From positions 32,001-96,000 of IMG/VR virus record IMGVR_UViG_3300036761_001135: a stretch of DNA of 64,000 bases; one strand, 5' to 3'. Origin of the DNA: a virus. Shown piece by piece: positions 48,274 through 58,133 of this stretch. Positions within the stretch are counted from its first letter, which is position 1; each line of letters starts with the position of its first letter. The notes under the pieces are model-generated. The model was not told the DNA's origin, did not search any database, and saw nothing but the letters and a program-made list of their open reading frames with translations. Position numbers and translations under genes: made by a program.

Positions 48274-48588
48274 ATGACGACGATGCGGACACTGATCGGG
48301 CGGTTGGAAGAGGGTTCGGATCTGACCGAGCGTGCGGAGATCTTGATCAAGGGCGATATGCAGGCGGTCAAGAAGAGCATCATAGATGCCGTCATGGACA
48401 AGATTGCCATGTCTGGCGTGTATCTCGTGGTGGAAATCAGCCACGACGGCAAGCGGTTTAAGGTGTCTGGAACGGTTAGCGGGGTGGCGGATTTTATTGC
48501 TAGATCCAAGCCTCCGGTTGAGGATGTCAAGATCGTGGAGATCTCGACGGATCGCAACTGGACGCGGAGCAAAGCCGAAGAGGTGTGA
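48274..48588 (+). CDS. leader-bearing hypothetical protein
   Basis: MTTMRTLIGRLEE. Confidence 0.7.
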   Translation: MTTMRTLIGRLEEGSDLTERAEILIKGDMQAVKKSIIDAVMDKIAMSGVYLVVEISHDGKRFKVSGTVSGVADFIARSKPPVEDVKIVEISTDRNWTRSKAEEV

Positions 48589-48591
48589 CCC

Positions 48592-49185
48592 ATGACGACG
48601 ATGCGACGACTATCCGGCCTGTTGACCGAGGCGACCATGAAGCGGCAGGGCCAGATCTTGCCGACCGAGCAGCGGGACTACGGGTACTTCGGGCGGATCG
48701 AGTTCCGGTTTGAAAATGCGGACGAGATCTGGGCGGAGACGTTTCGCATGATCATGTCTGAGATGCCAGACGTATCTTCGGCGGCGATTCGGAACTACCT
48801 GGACTCGAAGAGTGGGATGAACTTTGGCGATCTGGTGGCGGCGGAATTGAAGGACACGTTGCCGACCCCGGATACGGCTGCGTATGGCCGGGTGTTCAAT
48901 CCCAGGATGGCGGACGTGAAGCGCATCGTGGCGTCTGTGTTTGGAAAAACTGCCTGGGTACGGAAGCACATCGAGGCGTATGCCAAGGACCAGGACAGCA
49001 CCACCAGCGGGACGATGTCGGACATTGGCCGGTGGGTGAACGCCGCTGTCGATGCGTTTGAGCTAGCACAGGACCAGGAGAAGAAGAAGAACTGGAAACA
49101 GCGGGATGCGGCTCTGCACAGCTTGCAGAAGGCGGCGGACCAGTTGCTTACAACGTCCCGTGCTTGGATGGCGCAGCGTAGGTAA
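48592..49185 (+). CDS. leader-bearing hypothetical protein (paralog A)
   Basis: MTTMRRL..LTE; RQGQILPTE; SRAWMAQRR. Confidence 0.75.
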   Translation: MTTMRRLSGLLTEATMKRQGQILPTEQRDYGYFGRIEFRFENADEIWAETFRMIMSEMPDVSSAAIRNYLDSKSGMNFGDLVAAELKDTLPTPDTAAYGRVFNPRMADVKRIVASVFGKTAWVRKHIEAYAKDQDSTTSGTMSDIGRWVNAAVDAFELAQDQEKKKNWKQRDAALHSLQKAADQLLTTSRAWMAQRR

Positions 49186-49200
49186 CAGGCAGCGGAGTAG

Positions 49201-49220
49201 ACACGAACCTGGGTTCGCCT
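49201..49220. promoter_or_regulatory. palindrome copy 10 (intergenic)
   Basis: ACACGAACCTGGGTTCGCCT. Confidence 0.8.
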
Positions 49221-49233
49221 GAAGGAGATCGGC

Positions 49234-49854
49234 ATGGGAAATCTAGGACGGCTAGGCATTCGATTGATGAACGAGTCCTACGGGATCTTTTCGAATGCAA
49301 AAGTGGTGCGCCAGGGGCAGATTCTTCCGACGGAGAATACGTTTAATGGGTACTACGGCGCTCTGGACCATGTGTTGGGGGATATGAAGGCTGCGACCCG
49401 CGTTTGGAACGAGACGTTTTCGATTCTCATATCGGCATATCCAGATGTCGATTCTCAATCCATCAGGGATTTCCTTGATGGAGATGGTGGCCGTCGCTTG
49501 GGAGATGTCGTGATCGACGGATTCATTGACAACATGGGTGCCGCCTATGATTCGCTGGATGAGCATCCGGTCATCGCTCCCGAAGCTGCACGCATGAAGA
49601 GAATGCTATCGGCAGAGATCGCCAGACAGAAGTGGATTTCGAAGGAACTGGAACAATCTCCAATGAGTTCCACAAATGGTTCTTTGAAGAGCGTGGAGTC
49701 AGTGTTGGATCGGGCGAACTACGTTTGGGATGTGGTTAGGTCAGAGGAACAGAAGAAAAACTGGAAAGAGCGAGACAAGGCCATGCACGATCTTCAGAAG
49801 ACGGCAGATGTGCTGTCCACTGTTTCTCGGGCCTGGATGGCACAGAGGAGGTAG
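49234..49854 (+). CDS. hypothetical protein (paralog B of 48592)
   Basis: RQGQILPTE; SRAWMAQRR. Confidence 0.75.
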   Translation: MGNLGRLGIRLMNESYGIFSNAKVVRQGQILPTENTFNGYYGALDHVLGDMKAATRVWNETFSILISAYPDVDSQSIRDFLDGDGGRRLGDVVIDGFIDNMGAAYDSLDEHPVIAPEAARMKRMLSAEIARQKWISKELEQSPMSSTNGSLKSVESVLDRANYVWDVVRSEEQKKNWKERDKAMHDLQKTADVLSTVSRAWMAQRR

Positions 49855-49858
49855 GGCT

Positions 49859-50197
49859 ATGACGACAATGCGAGACATTTTTGAGTCAGTTAGGTACATG
49901 CGTATCTTGAATTTATTGGGTGGTATTGAGGGTTTGGAGTCGGCCATCAAGGCGTCGAATTTCCAGGAGATGGCTGGGAGTCCAGGTGTTGAATTCAGGT
50001 TTGTCGTAGCGAACAAGAGCGGACATGCCACCATCTTCTGGCAGGACATGGCACCGAAGGGGGGGTACTACGTGATTGAGCTACGGAAGTCGGTGTCGTC
50101 CAGTGAGCCCTATGATGTTGGGGATCGGATATCCGAGGGGGACTTGCGGAAAGAATTTTACAAAATGGTAGGTGTGCCAGCGCCTAAACAAGGCTAA
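49859..50197 (+). CDS. leader-bearing hypothetical protein
   Basis: MTTMRDIFES; GAGGAGG RBS. Confidence 0.7.
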   Translation: MTTMRDIFESVRYMRILNLLGGIEGLESAIKASNFQEMAGSPGVEFRFVVANKSGHATIFWQDMAPKGGYYVIELRKSVSSSEPYDVGDRISEGDLRKEFYKMVGVPAPKQG

Positions 50198-50218
50198 CCG
50201 ATGAGCGGAGGCAGTGTC

Positions 50219-50524
50219 ATGACGAAAATGAGATCATTGATTGGAGAATTGTCAGAGGTTGTTTCGCCAATGAGGAAATCAGCTTTTACAAAAATGATCA
50301 ACAAAGGAGACAGGGGTGACGTTGTCATCTTGGATTTTGATTCCATACGAAGGCTGGAAACTAACTGCAACAAACTTGCAGATCAAATCAGTGAATTGAA
50401 AGACATTGTTCATGACGGAGTAGATTCTAATGATGCAGCGCAGATGCGAAAATACAAGATGTTGTTTAAGGATATGAAGGATGTGAAGGTTGAGATGGAT
50501 GTATTATGGAGTGCGTTGCTTTGA
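50219..50524 (+). CDS. leader-bearing hypothetical protein
   Basis: MTKMRSLIGELSE; AT-rich. Confidence 0.7.
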   Translation: MTKMRSLIGELSEVVSPMRKSAFTKMINKGDRGDVVILDFDSIRRLETNCNKLADQISELKDIVHDGVDSNDAAQMRKYKMLFKDMKDVKVEMDVLWSALL

Positions 50525-50543
50525 TCTATTCTGAGGTGATATT

Positions 50544-50711
50544 ATGACGACGATGTGGGACATATTCGAGGCGATATCGAAGAAGATCGGTCCCGACAAG
50601 TTTGAGTTCAAGGGCAAGAAGGGTCACTGGCGCACGGTGCGTGGGAGCCAGGTCTTCTTTCCAGATGACGGGTCTGAGCCCATGGGCCTTCCGAAGGCCA
50701 TGCGGAGGTAG
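50544..50711 (+). CDS. leader-bearing 55-aa protein (absent from the ORF track)
   Basis: MTTMWDIFEA..GHWRTVRGSQVFF; GAGG RBS. Confidence 0.65.
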   Translation: MTTMWDIFEAISKKIGPDKFEFKGKKGHWRTVRGSQVFFPDDGSEPMGLPKAMRR

Positions 50712-50719
50712 GGTCACTG

Positions 50720-51157
50720 ATGGATGAACGGGCACAGGTTGCGGCGGGTCTCTTGGATCGCGTGCGGGCGATGCTGCGGGAGCGTCGCCTGACGGCTAAG
50801 GAGGCCCCACAGCCGCGCCCGAGCCAGGGGGCTGCTCGTGCTACGGCTCGCTTATGGGCGCCGCTTCTGGGGACGAACAAGCGCCCTGTGGGGGAGGTGC
50901 GCGTGGTGGTCATCGTGCCGAACGATCCGGCGGAGGCGGCGGACGTGCATGTGCGGTGGTCGCGGGCGGGCTTTGGGTTCTGGTACGTGAAGACGGCGGA
51001 CGTGGGGGTGGTGGGGGAGGCCGAGGACGCGGACCTCGCAGCGGTGGAGATGATCCTGACGGCGGTGGGCTGGACGGCGTCGGGATCGGTCCCGTTGCGG
51101 TCGATGAATATGATGTTCCCCAAGGTGCGCCGGAGCGTGAGCGACGTAGCGCGATAA
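50720..51157 (+). CDS. hypothetical protein
   Basis: fills operon. Confidence 0.6.
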   Translation: MDERAQVAAGLLDRVRAMLRERRLTAKEAPQPRPSQGAARATARLWAPLLGTNKRPVGEVRVVVIVPNDPAEAADVHVRWSRAGFGFWYVKTADVGVVGEAEDADLAAVEMILTAVGWTASGSVPLRSMNMMFPKVRRSVSDVAR

Positions 51158-51167
51158 GGAGTGAGCC

Positions 51168-51623
51168 ATGGCAACGATGCGAACATTGGTGAAGGACATG
51201 AGGGCGCTGGTCGAGGGCGGCGTGGTAGAGGAACGTGGCCACATGGGCCTGTCCGAGGGACGGATCGACGAGGCCAGCATCTACTCCAAGGGTTCGTGGA
51301 TGATGTACGAGCAGCAGGCGCAGGAGATGTTTCTGAAGGCTGCGATTCCAGGAATCGAGAAGCTTGCGGGTAGCAAGGGAGACGTCAAGGTGGAGGTGTC
51401 TGGTTCCACCGTGATGTTAACCTACGATGGTGAAGACGCCAGCGATTTCTCACTGGAGTTCACGGCCTACATGAGAATCAACGAGCGAACTGTCGATATA
51501 GGCGCGACGGTCGTGAGCGCACAGGTAAAGGGCCAGAAGTTGCCCATGAAGACGATCCAGAAGGGCGACGTCACGCCACAGGATGTGGTTAATATGTTTG
51601 CGGACGTGTTCGGAAGACATTGA
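51168..51623 (+). CDS. leader-bearing hypothetical protein
   Basis: MATMRTLVKDMRALVE. Confidence 0.72.
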   Translation: MATMRTLVKDMRALVEGGVVEERGHMGLSEGRIDEASIYSKGSWMMYEQQAQEMFLKAAIPGIEKLAGSKGDVKVEVSGSTVMLTYDGEDASDFSLEFTAYMRINERTVDIGATVVSAQVKGQKLPMKTIQKGDVTPQDVVNMFADVFGRH

Positions 51624-51665
51624 TATATTGTTAAATTCGGCGATTGAACTGTGAAAGAGTGAATC

Positions 51666-52250
51666 ATGGCAACGATGCGAACCTTATTCGAGGCGGTCGA
51701 GGAGCGGGAGTGGATCTTGGATCGTCCCTGGACGGTGGGGGCGTCGGCGTATCAGGCAGCCTTGAACGTCCATGAGCCGTGGGTCGCCGAGATCAGTCCG
51801 ATGCAGTACGCGCACATGAGCAAGAGTGCCAAGGCGCAGTACGACAAGAAGCGGGCGGGGGAGTGGGAGGCGTCGGCGGCGGCGAAGGACAAGTGGCGGC
51901 AGGCGGTGTTGCAGGCGTTTGCCGAGGGGAAGTTCCAGCGCAAGGACGCGGACGTACATCCTGACGCCGACATGGCGATCTTCCTGGCGCAGCAGGCGGC
52001 GGAGAAGGCGGTTGCGGCGGCGCAGGCCAAGGAGCGCGGACGGGAGAACGCCATTACGCGGGCCGACCAGGTGAAGGTGGGCGACACGGTCTGGGTGGTG
52101 CTCTCGGGCAGCTACCAGACGGTGACCAAGGTCTCGCAGAAGTCCGTGGTGTTGACGGGCAAGTTCGGGCCGATGAAGGTCACGATGTCGGAGAAGTCGC
52201 CGCAGTTGAACTGGAAGAGCTACAATGACCTGCACGGCAAGCAGGGATAG
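51666..52250 (+). CDS. leader-bearing hypothetical protein
   Basis: MATMRTLFEAVEE; C-terminal SH3-like segment VKVGDTV. Confidence 0.72.
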   Translation: MATMRTLFEAVEEREWILDRPWTVGASAYQAALNVHEPWVAEISPMQYAHMSKSAKAQYDKKRAGEWEASAAAKDKWRQAVLQAFAEGKFQRKDADVHPDADMAIFLAQQAAEKAVAAAQAKERGRENAITRADQVKVGDTVWVVLSGSYQTVTKVSQKSVVLTGKFGPMKVTMSEKSPQLNWKSYNDLHGKQG

Positions 52251-52259
52251 GATAGGAAC

Positions 52260-52670
52260 ATGACGATGAGAACCTTGATCGAGCAGATCGAGCGGGAGAT
52301 GGAAGAGGCGGGCGACCTGCCGGAACATCTTCAAAGCGAAGGTTTCGTCGGATGGGGCAACCTAGAGCAAGGGTTGCCAGTCATAGATCCCAGCCGTTTC
52401 AATACACTAGACAAGACCTATAAATTGCTAGACAAAACGATAAAACCACTTGAGAAACTACATCGAGAAATTGTAAAGGCTAAAGATGAGCTGAAAGATT
52501 ACAATCCAAAGGCATATCGTCATGGCGAAAGTGATACGTTGATGTATAATGCAATGTCGCATTTGTCATATCTTGGAGATGCGACAATGAAACATATAAG
52601 TCTAGTCTATGATGTCTTGATGATCTTGCATAAGGCTGGAGAGGCTGCGATGCCACAACCGAGGGATTGA
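52260..52670 (+). CDS. leader-bearing hypothetical protein
   Basis: MTMRTLIEQIE. Confidence 0.72.
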   Translation: MTMRTLIEQIEREMEEAGDLPEHLQSEGFVGWGNLEQGLPVIDPSRFNTLDKTYKLLDKTIKPLEKLHREIVKAKDELKDYNPKAYRHGESDTLMYNAMSHLSYLGDATMKHISLVYDVLMILHKAGEAAMPQPRD

Positions 52671-52688
52671 GAAATACAGGAGAGAGCC

Positions 52689-52955
52689 ATGACGATGCGC
52701 GCCTTGATCGAGCAGTTGGAGCAGATGGCCATGTTGGAAGATGTGGCAAAGCTAGTACGCATGACATCGACGATTAGGATTGCTGTCGTCAAGGAAGGCC
52801 AGATTGTTGGCTGGTATCGAAGTATAAAAGTGGCGTCAAGACATGGCAAAGAGTTGTACTCAGTTTTGATTGATTCTCTGATTCCAGGGAAAGATCCTGA
52901 CAAGATTTCATCCTATGTAATCGCCAAGGATGTACCGGCTTGGGACCAAGATTGA
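52689..52955 (+). CDS. leader-bearing hypothetical protein
   Basis: MTMRALIEQLE. Confidence 0.72.
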   Translation: MTMRALIEQLEQMAMLEDVAKLVRMTSTIRIAVVKEGQIVGWYRSIKVASRHGKELYSVLIDSLIPGKDPDKISSYVIAKDVPAWDQD

Positions 52956-52966
52956 GAGGTTAGGTG

Positions 52967-53383
52967 ATGACGATGCGCACCCTGATCGAGCGGTTTGAAG
53001 GGATCATGGAGGCCCGCAGTGCGAATGTCGCCATCAGGCAGATAGCGGAGTTGTCCATGGAAATTCGTGCGATCCCGCGTGTTCGATCCAACGAGATTGC
53101 GCTTGAGGACAGGAACACGGCGGAGGACGTCTATCGCAATGCCCGGCGGATCGCCGACCGAGTCTTTTCCGGTCTCCTGGACGTTGGGAACGACGAGCTT
53201 GCCCACGAAATTGAGGACATAGCTACCGACATGGATGCCGCTTACAAGGCGTTCGAGTCGGCGTGGATGAGGGTGCGAAAGGCTGGCACCACGGCATCGG
53301 ATCCATCTGCTGTGGTGGAGAGTTATGAGCGTCTACGGGGGCAGGTGGATCGTTTGAAGAAAGCCATTGGAGGGATCGGATGA
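52967..53383 (+). CDS. leader-bearing hypothetical protein
   Basis: MTMRTLIERFEGIMEAR. Confidence 0.72.
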   Translation: MTMRTLIERFEGIMEARSANVAIRQIAELSMEIRAIPRVRSNEIALEDRNTAEDVYRNARRIADRVFSGLLDVGNDELAHEIEDIATDMDAAYKAFESAWMRVRKAGTTASDPSAVVESYERLRGQVDRLKKAIGGIG

Positions 53384-53988
53384 GGCACTTGATCGAGCGA
53401 ATGGAACGGATCATGGAGGCCCGTGGCACGGAGGTGCTCGTGAAGGAGCTGCCGGACGTGCTGCGCAAGGCGTTGAAGGACGTTGGCTACCGGAGCCGGG
53501 ACATCGCCGTGGTGCCGCAGGCGCTGGTCAGCCTGAACCCCTACGCGGGGGACGGGGAGCGGGGCTTCGCGGTATTGGTGAACTTGTCCACGGGCGCGAC
53601 CAAGACGGTGCAGGGCGACTGGGGCGGGTACAGCCCGGTTGGGAAGCCCTCCATCGACCAGGATCGGGGCGAGCATCCGCTGCCAAGGGACGGCGTGGCC
53701 ATCGTGGGGTCGAGTGGCGGGCGGGGCACCTACGCGACGATTTACGTGCATCCAGACAGCGTGGTGCCGTTGCTGCCGGGGGACGTGGAGATGACGGACC
53801 GCGAGGCGGGCATCCTGCGGAGCATGGCGATGACGTCGAGCTATCGCAAGGAGCTGTTCGCGGACATGAAGGTGCAGACGAGCGAGGTAGACGCGCTGAT
53901 CGAGCGTGGCTGGATTGCACGGAACAAGGCCGGGGCGTTGAGTCTGACAACGGCGGGCAAGAACGCGGCGGCGTCTGCTCACAAGTGA
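53380..53988 (+). CDS. leader-bearing protein with possible C-terminal winged helix
   Basis: MRHLIERMERIMEAR; LIERGWI..LTTAGK. Confidence 0.72.
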   Translation: MRHLIERMERIMEARGTEVLVKELPDVLRKALKDVGYRSRDIAVVPQALVSLNPYAGDGERGFAVLVNLSTGATKTVQGDWGGYSPVGKPSIDQDRGEHPLPRDGVAIVGSSGGRGTYATIYVHPDSVVPLLPGDVEMTDREAGILRSMAMTSSYRKELFADMKVQTSEVDALIERGWIARNKAGALSLTTAGKNAAASAHK

Positions 53989-54000
53989 AAGAGGTAAGAG

Positions 54001-54336
54001 ATGGCACGGAGCATGAAGAGTCTAATCGAGGGAATGCAGAAGATAATGGAGGCCCAGCTTCCCGGAGGGGATCATGGCCGACCAAGAAGAATTGTGAAGA
54101 TGGCAGCGGAACAGATGCAAAGCAGTGAAGGAAAAGATTGGTTACTGCGCGACGAAAGAGGAACATGGGAGAAAGAAGCTACTCGACTTATAGATCAAGT
54201 GAAGGAAAAGGCAGAACAGCACGGGTTGAGTGATTCCGATGTTGATGAGCAGATTGCAACATATTTGTCTATAATGGTTTTGCAGACTCTTATTAATGAT
54301 GCAAAGAAGGGATCAAGGAAAAGAGCAAAGAAGTGA
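54001..54336 (+). CDS. leader-bearing hypothetical protein
   Basis: MKSLIEGMQKIMEA. Confidence 0.7.
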   Translation: MARSMKSLIEGMQKIMEAQLPGGDHGRPRRIVKMAAEQMQSSEGKDWLLRDERGTWEKEATRLIDQVKEKAEQHGLSDSDVDEQIATYLSIMVLQTLINDAKKGSRKRAKK

Positions 54337-54398
54337 ACTTTGGAATATGTCATGAAATTGGACAAGAACGCGGCTTCGGCTGCGCACGGACGGTGAGG

Positions 54399-55757
54399 AT
54401 GGACAGCATGGGTTCACTGATCTTGTTGGTGGAGCATCGCATGCTCACGGAAGAGACAATGGCCGTGACCCCGGCGTTGATTGCCAAGCTGCGTAAAGAC
54501 TTCCTCGTGCTCATGGGCAATGTGTCCAGGGTGGACACGGCAGAGAAGCTGACGACCTTCAGGTTGGGCGTGAAGACATTCAGCGATCTGCTAGAGCGCA
54601 TCATGATCACGGCCAACGAGTATCTGGTAGATGTGGCGCAGTTAGCAGAGTTGAAGTTTGACAATGCGTTGGCGTCGGATGCCCGTTACTTGGCGGACCA
54701 CATGAGCGATGCGTGGAAGCTGCACGAAGAGCTGATCGTGCCTGGACCGAGTTTGGAGTCCCTTGTTCGTGATGCTGCTGGGAATAGCTATCATCTTGGC
54801 ATGGTGAATGAGCGATACCTATCTCGCTTTACGAGTAAGGCGAAGAAGTGGGACAGCGCAGTACGGCGGGTGGCGCCCAAGGCATGGAAGTGGCTTGAGA
54901 GCGCGGCTACGACTGTTGCTAAGGGCGCGGCATATGGTGGACGAGGGGCGCTAAAGATTGATCGCGGCATTGGGACATTGCGTGAAATGGCTGGGTTCAA
55001 GGTGCGGTTGGACGGGTTCGTGGGGAGTGATTTCGAGGTAGAGGGAGTGCAGAAGTTCGAGCGTGGGTTGCAGTTATTCCGCCAGTTGGCGAGCGCTCGA
55101 TTTCCTGCGCTGCTGCGGAACACCACGCCGTTTGTGTTGGTTTTCTCTGGCGATCCTTCCGGTGGAAAAAATGCAGCGGGTTGGACTGCGCAAGCCATTT
55201 TCGTTTCCTCCGCTGGAATGCATAAGGACGCTAAGGGGATCGCACATTTGATGGCCCACGAGCTAGGGCACGGGATCTATCAAAACTACCTGAGTGGTGA
55301 GGCGCAGAACGCTTGGTTCTCGTTCATTAGAGGAAACACGGATCCGATAGATTTGCGGCAAGTTCTCAAGGACATTGGCGATGACGGGTGGATTCATGAG
55401 CCGAACGTCTACAAGTCCGACCCGATTCGGTGGTTGCAGGTTCGCGGGCTAGGTCAGGATAAGCGTTATCGGTTTGAGCGCGGCGAGGACATCCGTCGTT
55501 GGATCGAGGGTGGTGGCGACCCGGTGGTCCAGGTGACACGTCATCAGGTCACGGCCTATGCGAATACGAATCCCGAGGAGGCGTTTTGTGAGGCGCTGGG
55601 GATGCTTGTGGCCTATGGTCCGAAGACGGTGCTCCCAGAGGTGCGCCAGATGCTGGGCCTTTTACTGCCGCAGCTCAAGACCGAGAGCGTTGAGTTGGGC
55701 GCGTTATTGGTGCGGCTAGAATCGGTGGGCAACGCGGCAGTCGCTCACGGACAATGA
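54399..55757 (+). CDS. zincin-like metallopeptidase-domain protein
   Basis: MAHELGH (HExxH) and VTAYANTNPEEAFCE. Confidence 0.7.
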   Translation: MDSMGSLILLVEHRMLTEETMAVTPALIAKLRKDFLVLMGNVSRVDTAEKLTTFRLGVKTFSDLLERIMITANEYLVDVAQLAELKFDNALASDARYLADHMSDAWKLHEELIVPGPSLESLVRDAAGNSYHLGMVNERYLSRFTSKAKKWDSAVRRVAPKAWKWLESAATTVAKGAAYGGRGALKIDRGIGTLREMAGFKVRLDGFVGSDFEVEGVQKFERGLQLFRQLASARFPALLRNTTPFVLVFSGDPSGGKNAAGWTAQAIFVSSAGMHKDAKGIAHLMAHELGHGIYQNYLSGEAQNAWFSFIRGNTDPIDLRQVLKDIGDDGWIHEPNVYKSDPIRWLQVRGLGQDKRYRFERGEDIRRWIEGGGDPVVQVTRHQVTAYANTNPEEAFCEALGMLVAYGPKTVLPEVRQMLGLLLPQLKTESVELGALLVRLESVGNAAVAHGQ

Positions 55758-55805
55758 TCATGGATGGCGAAGCGGCGAATATTCAGCCGTAGAAAGGTGG
55801 ACTCG

Positions 55806-56213
55806 ATGGGACGGAACATGCGGAATCTGATCGATGATATGCAGTCGCTTTTGGAGCGGAGCGGCGTGAGTGCGTCTGTGCAGGTTGGCGAGCGGTACAT
55901 GACCTACACGAAGGAAGGCGACCGCCTTGTCTTCACGACATGGTCGTGGGTTTCCCCGTATTACGGGAAGGTTCCTGCGAAGGATGCGATCTATATCCAT
56001 ACAGAGGGTCGCACGCCAGACGATCTGGACACGCTGATTGATCGGCAGAAGAGTGTTTACGGTTCCAAGCCTGGGCTGAAGAGTTACGAGGGAAAAGAGG
56101 AAGAGTACCCGTACACGACGGGGCGCTACACGGGACCGGACATAGAAGACATCAAGCGCTTGAAGGGCACGACCGTGCGTTTGAGCGACGGGAAGCCCGA
56201 GCCAATCGCATAG
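55806..56213 (+). CDS. leader-bearing hypothetical protein
   Basis: MRNLIDDMQSLLE. Confidence 0.68.
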   Translation: MGRNMRNLIDDMQSLLERSGVSASVQVGERYMTYTKEGDRLVFTTWSWVSPYYGKVPAKDAIYIHTEGRTPDDLDTLIDRQKSVYGSKPGLKSYEGKEEEYPYTTGRYTGPDIEDIKRLKGTTVRLSDGKPEPIA

Positions 56214-56244
56214 GATGAACGACGGTAGGAAGACAGGAGGCCCC

Positions 56245-56913
56245 ATGCAGCCCTCGAACAGCTTGATCGTGAATGGTGAGAAGGTGTCGCTGCCCAAAGC
56301 GGTGTTGGACCTGGGCGTGCGGGGCACCAACTACATCGACGATGAGGAGCCCTGCTTGCGCAACAAGCCGCGCACGGCGAAGGTTTCGCATCTTGTGCTT
56401 CACGAGACGGCTGGGAACAGCGCGACGGGGTGCAAGGACACGTTGCGTGAGAAGAAGCTCGGCGTGCATCTGATCTTGGGCAAGGATGGCCTGCTGTCGT
56501 GTCACGCGGACTTGGCGTTGGACATCTGTTTTCACGGAAACCAGCTCAATTCCACCTCTGTTGGGATCGAGGTTGTGAACGCCTATCGGCCGGAATTCGC
56601 AAGGAAGCCGTGCGGTCCTGTGTTGCCGGCGAATTGGTGGACGTGGGTGCCGCCTGGTCATGCGCGGACCTACCAGGCACCGCTTGGAATCCAGGTGGCG
56701 TGCATTCAAGCGCTGGTTCCTTGGCTGTGCGAATTGATGAAGATCCCATATGTGTTTCCGACGAAGAACTTTAACGCGAAGACACCCAAGATCTCGGGCT
56801 GGAAGGCTCCTCCATTGGGGTGGTACGCGAAGCCAGGACCGGGCGTTGTGGCGCATTCTGATTACAGTTCGCATAGTGACGGCCGTTACCTACTAGAGCA
56901 GTTGATCGTATGA
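56245..56913 (+). CDS. N-acetylmuramoyl-L-alanine amidase (endolysin-like)
   Basis: VLHET, VHLI, FHGN..N..SVGIEVVN, VAHSD..DG. Confidence 0.85.
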   Translation: MQPSNSLIVNGEKVSLPKAVLDLGVRGTNYIDDEEPCLRNKPRTAKVSHLVLHETAGNSATGCKDTLREKKLGVHLILGKDGLLSCHADLALDICFHGNQLNSTSVGIEVVNAYRPEFARKPCGPVLPANWWTWVPPGHARTYQAPLGIQVACIQALVPWLCELMKIPYVFPTKNFNAKTPKISGWKAPPLGWYAKPGPGVVAHSDYSSHSDGRYLLEQLIV

Positions 56914-56924
56914 AAGGGTCGCAC

Positions 56925-57269
56925 ATGGAAACCATGCTGAAGCTGTTCGAGGCGAGGGCCAATGCTGGCGAGCCAGTGGTTGCGGATTTTCGGAAGGCAT
57001 GGGGCGAGATGGAGGAGTGGGCGAGCCAGTTGGGGCGGGCATTGAACCGGGAGATCGGCGGGAAGGCGCGCTTCTTGGGAGGTGTTGGCGTGTCGAGAAC
57101 CGCGCTTGATACGGTGGAGATCTATGTGAATCTGGATACTCCTGGGGAGCGCGAGAAGGATGAGACGTTGCGGCAGGCCATGACCTGGCTGAAGCAGCAC
57201 ACGAAGAGCACCTGGGAGTTGAAGGAGCGCTATGGGAAGCCATCGTTGGTGGCCACATACGATCTCTGA
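56925..57269 (+). CDS. leader-bearing hypothetical protein
   Basis: METMLKLFEAR. Confidence 0.62.
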   Translation: METMLKLFEARANAGEPVVADFRKAWGEMEEWASQLGRALNREIGGKARFLGGVGVSRTALDTVEIYVNLDTPGEREKDETLRQAMTWLKQHTKSTWELKERYGKPSLVATYDL

Positions 57270-57284
57270 AGGGATGCGTTGAGA

Positions 57285-57620
57285 ATGAATTCAAGCGACC
57301 GATTGCGTGCCTTGCTCGACGATTTGCCTCCGGCTCCCCGAAGGGTGGTGCTGTCCGAGGCTGACGAGCGGATAATGCGGTCGTTGCGGACGCAGGGCGA
57401 GCGTGCGGTACGCGGTCGGCTTGTGACGCGCTATCGGTTTGAGGCGGTGGAGAGGCCGCGTGGGATTTCGTTGGTTATGCGGATCGAGGGGCGGCATGCG
57501 ATGTCTGTGGCGCAGCAGCTTGCCAAGCGGTTTGGCATGGCGGAAGATATTGGGAATGCCGAGGTGACCCGCACCGAGCGGGGGGCCGTGTTGGAGCTGC
57601 GGCCACGGGAGACGCGATGA
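57285..57620 (+). CDS. hypothetical protein
   Basis: operon packing. Confidence 0.55.
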   Translation: MNSSDRLRALLDDLPPAPRRVVLSEADERIMRSLRTQGERAVRGRLVTRYRFEAVERPRGISLVMRIEGRHAMSVAQQLAKRFGMAEDIGNAEVTRTERGAVLELRPRETR

Positions 57621-57781
57621 TTGTCGAGGTAAAGAAGATCCAGAGCACGAGGAAGGGTCGAAAATCTTCGGTTGATTTGCGGCGGTCTCGCACGTCGGGT
57701 ATTGTGCCGTTGCCGATATCCATGAGCACCAATGCGCCGTTGCCGGCGGTCCCAGCCACAGGCGGGCCATAGGAGAATCTG

Positions 57782-58117
57782 ATGAACGCGAAAATTTCCA
57801 AGATGAACACCATGCGGAAGATCATGCGCGAGGTTGAGCTGTCGAACGGCGGCGAACCGATGGGCGAGTCCGTGAACGCGGGGCTGATAGACCGCATGGC
57901 GAAGGCCATGTTGAACAGCCCGAAGCTGGACTCGCTGACGGGGCGCATCTTCGACACGGACCAGTTGGAGATGTTCCATGGGTTGATGTTGGAGCCCTTG
58001 CGGGCTCTGATTGCGAAGGCCCTGGACGTCGCCGGCGTGGAGGTTTCCGGTGGCGTGTTGGCCAAGGCAGGCAGGGAAATGAAGAGCGCAGCACGGGGCG
58101 ACATCGGCGTTGAGTAG
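57782..58117 (+). CDS. leader-bearing hypothetical protein
   Basis: NTMRKIMREVE; AGGAG RBS. Confidence 0.68.
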   Translation: MNAKISKMNTMRKIMREVELSNGGEPMGESVNAGLIDRMAKAMLNSPKLDSLTGRIFDTDQLEMFHGLMLEPLRALIAKALDVAGVEVSGGVLAKAGREMKSAARGDIGVE

Positions 58118-58133
58118 ACGCCTGGAGGAAACC

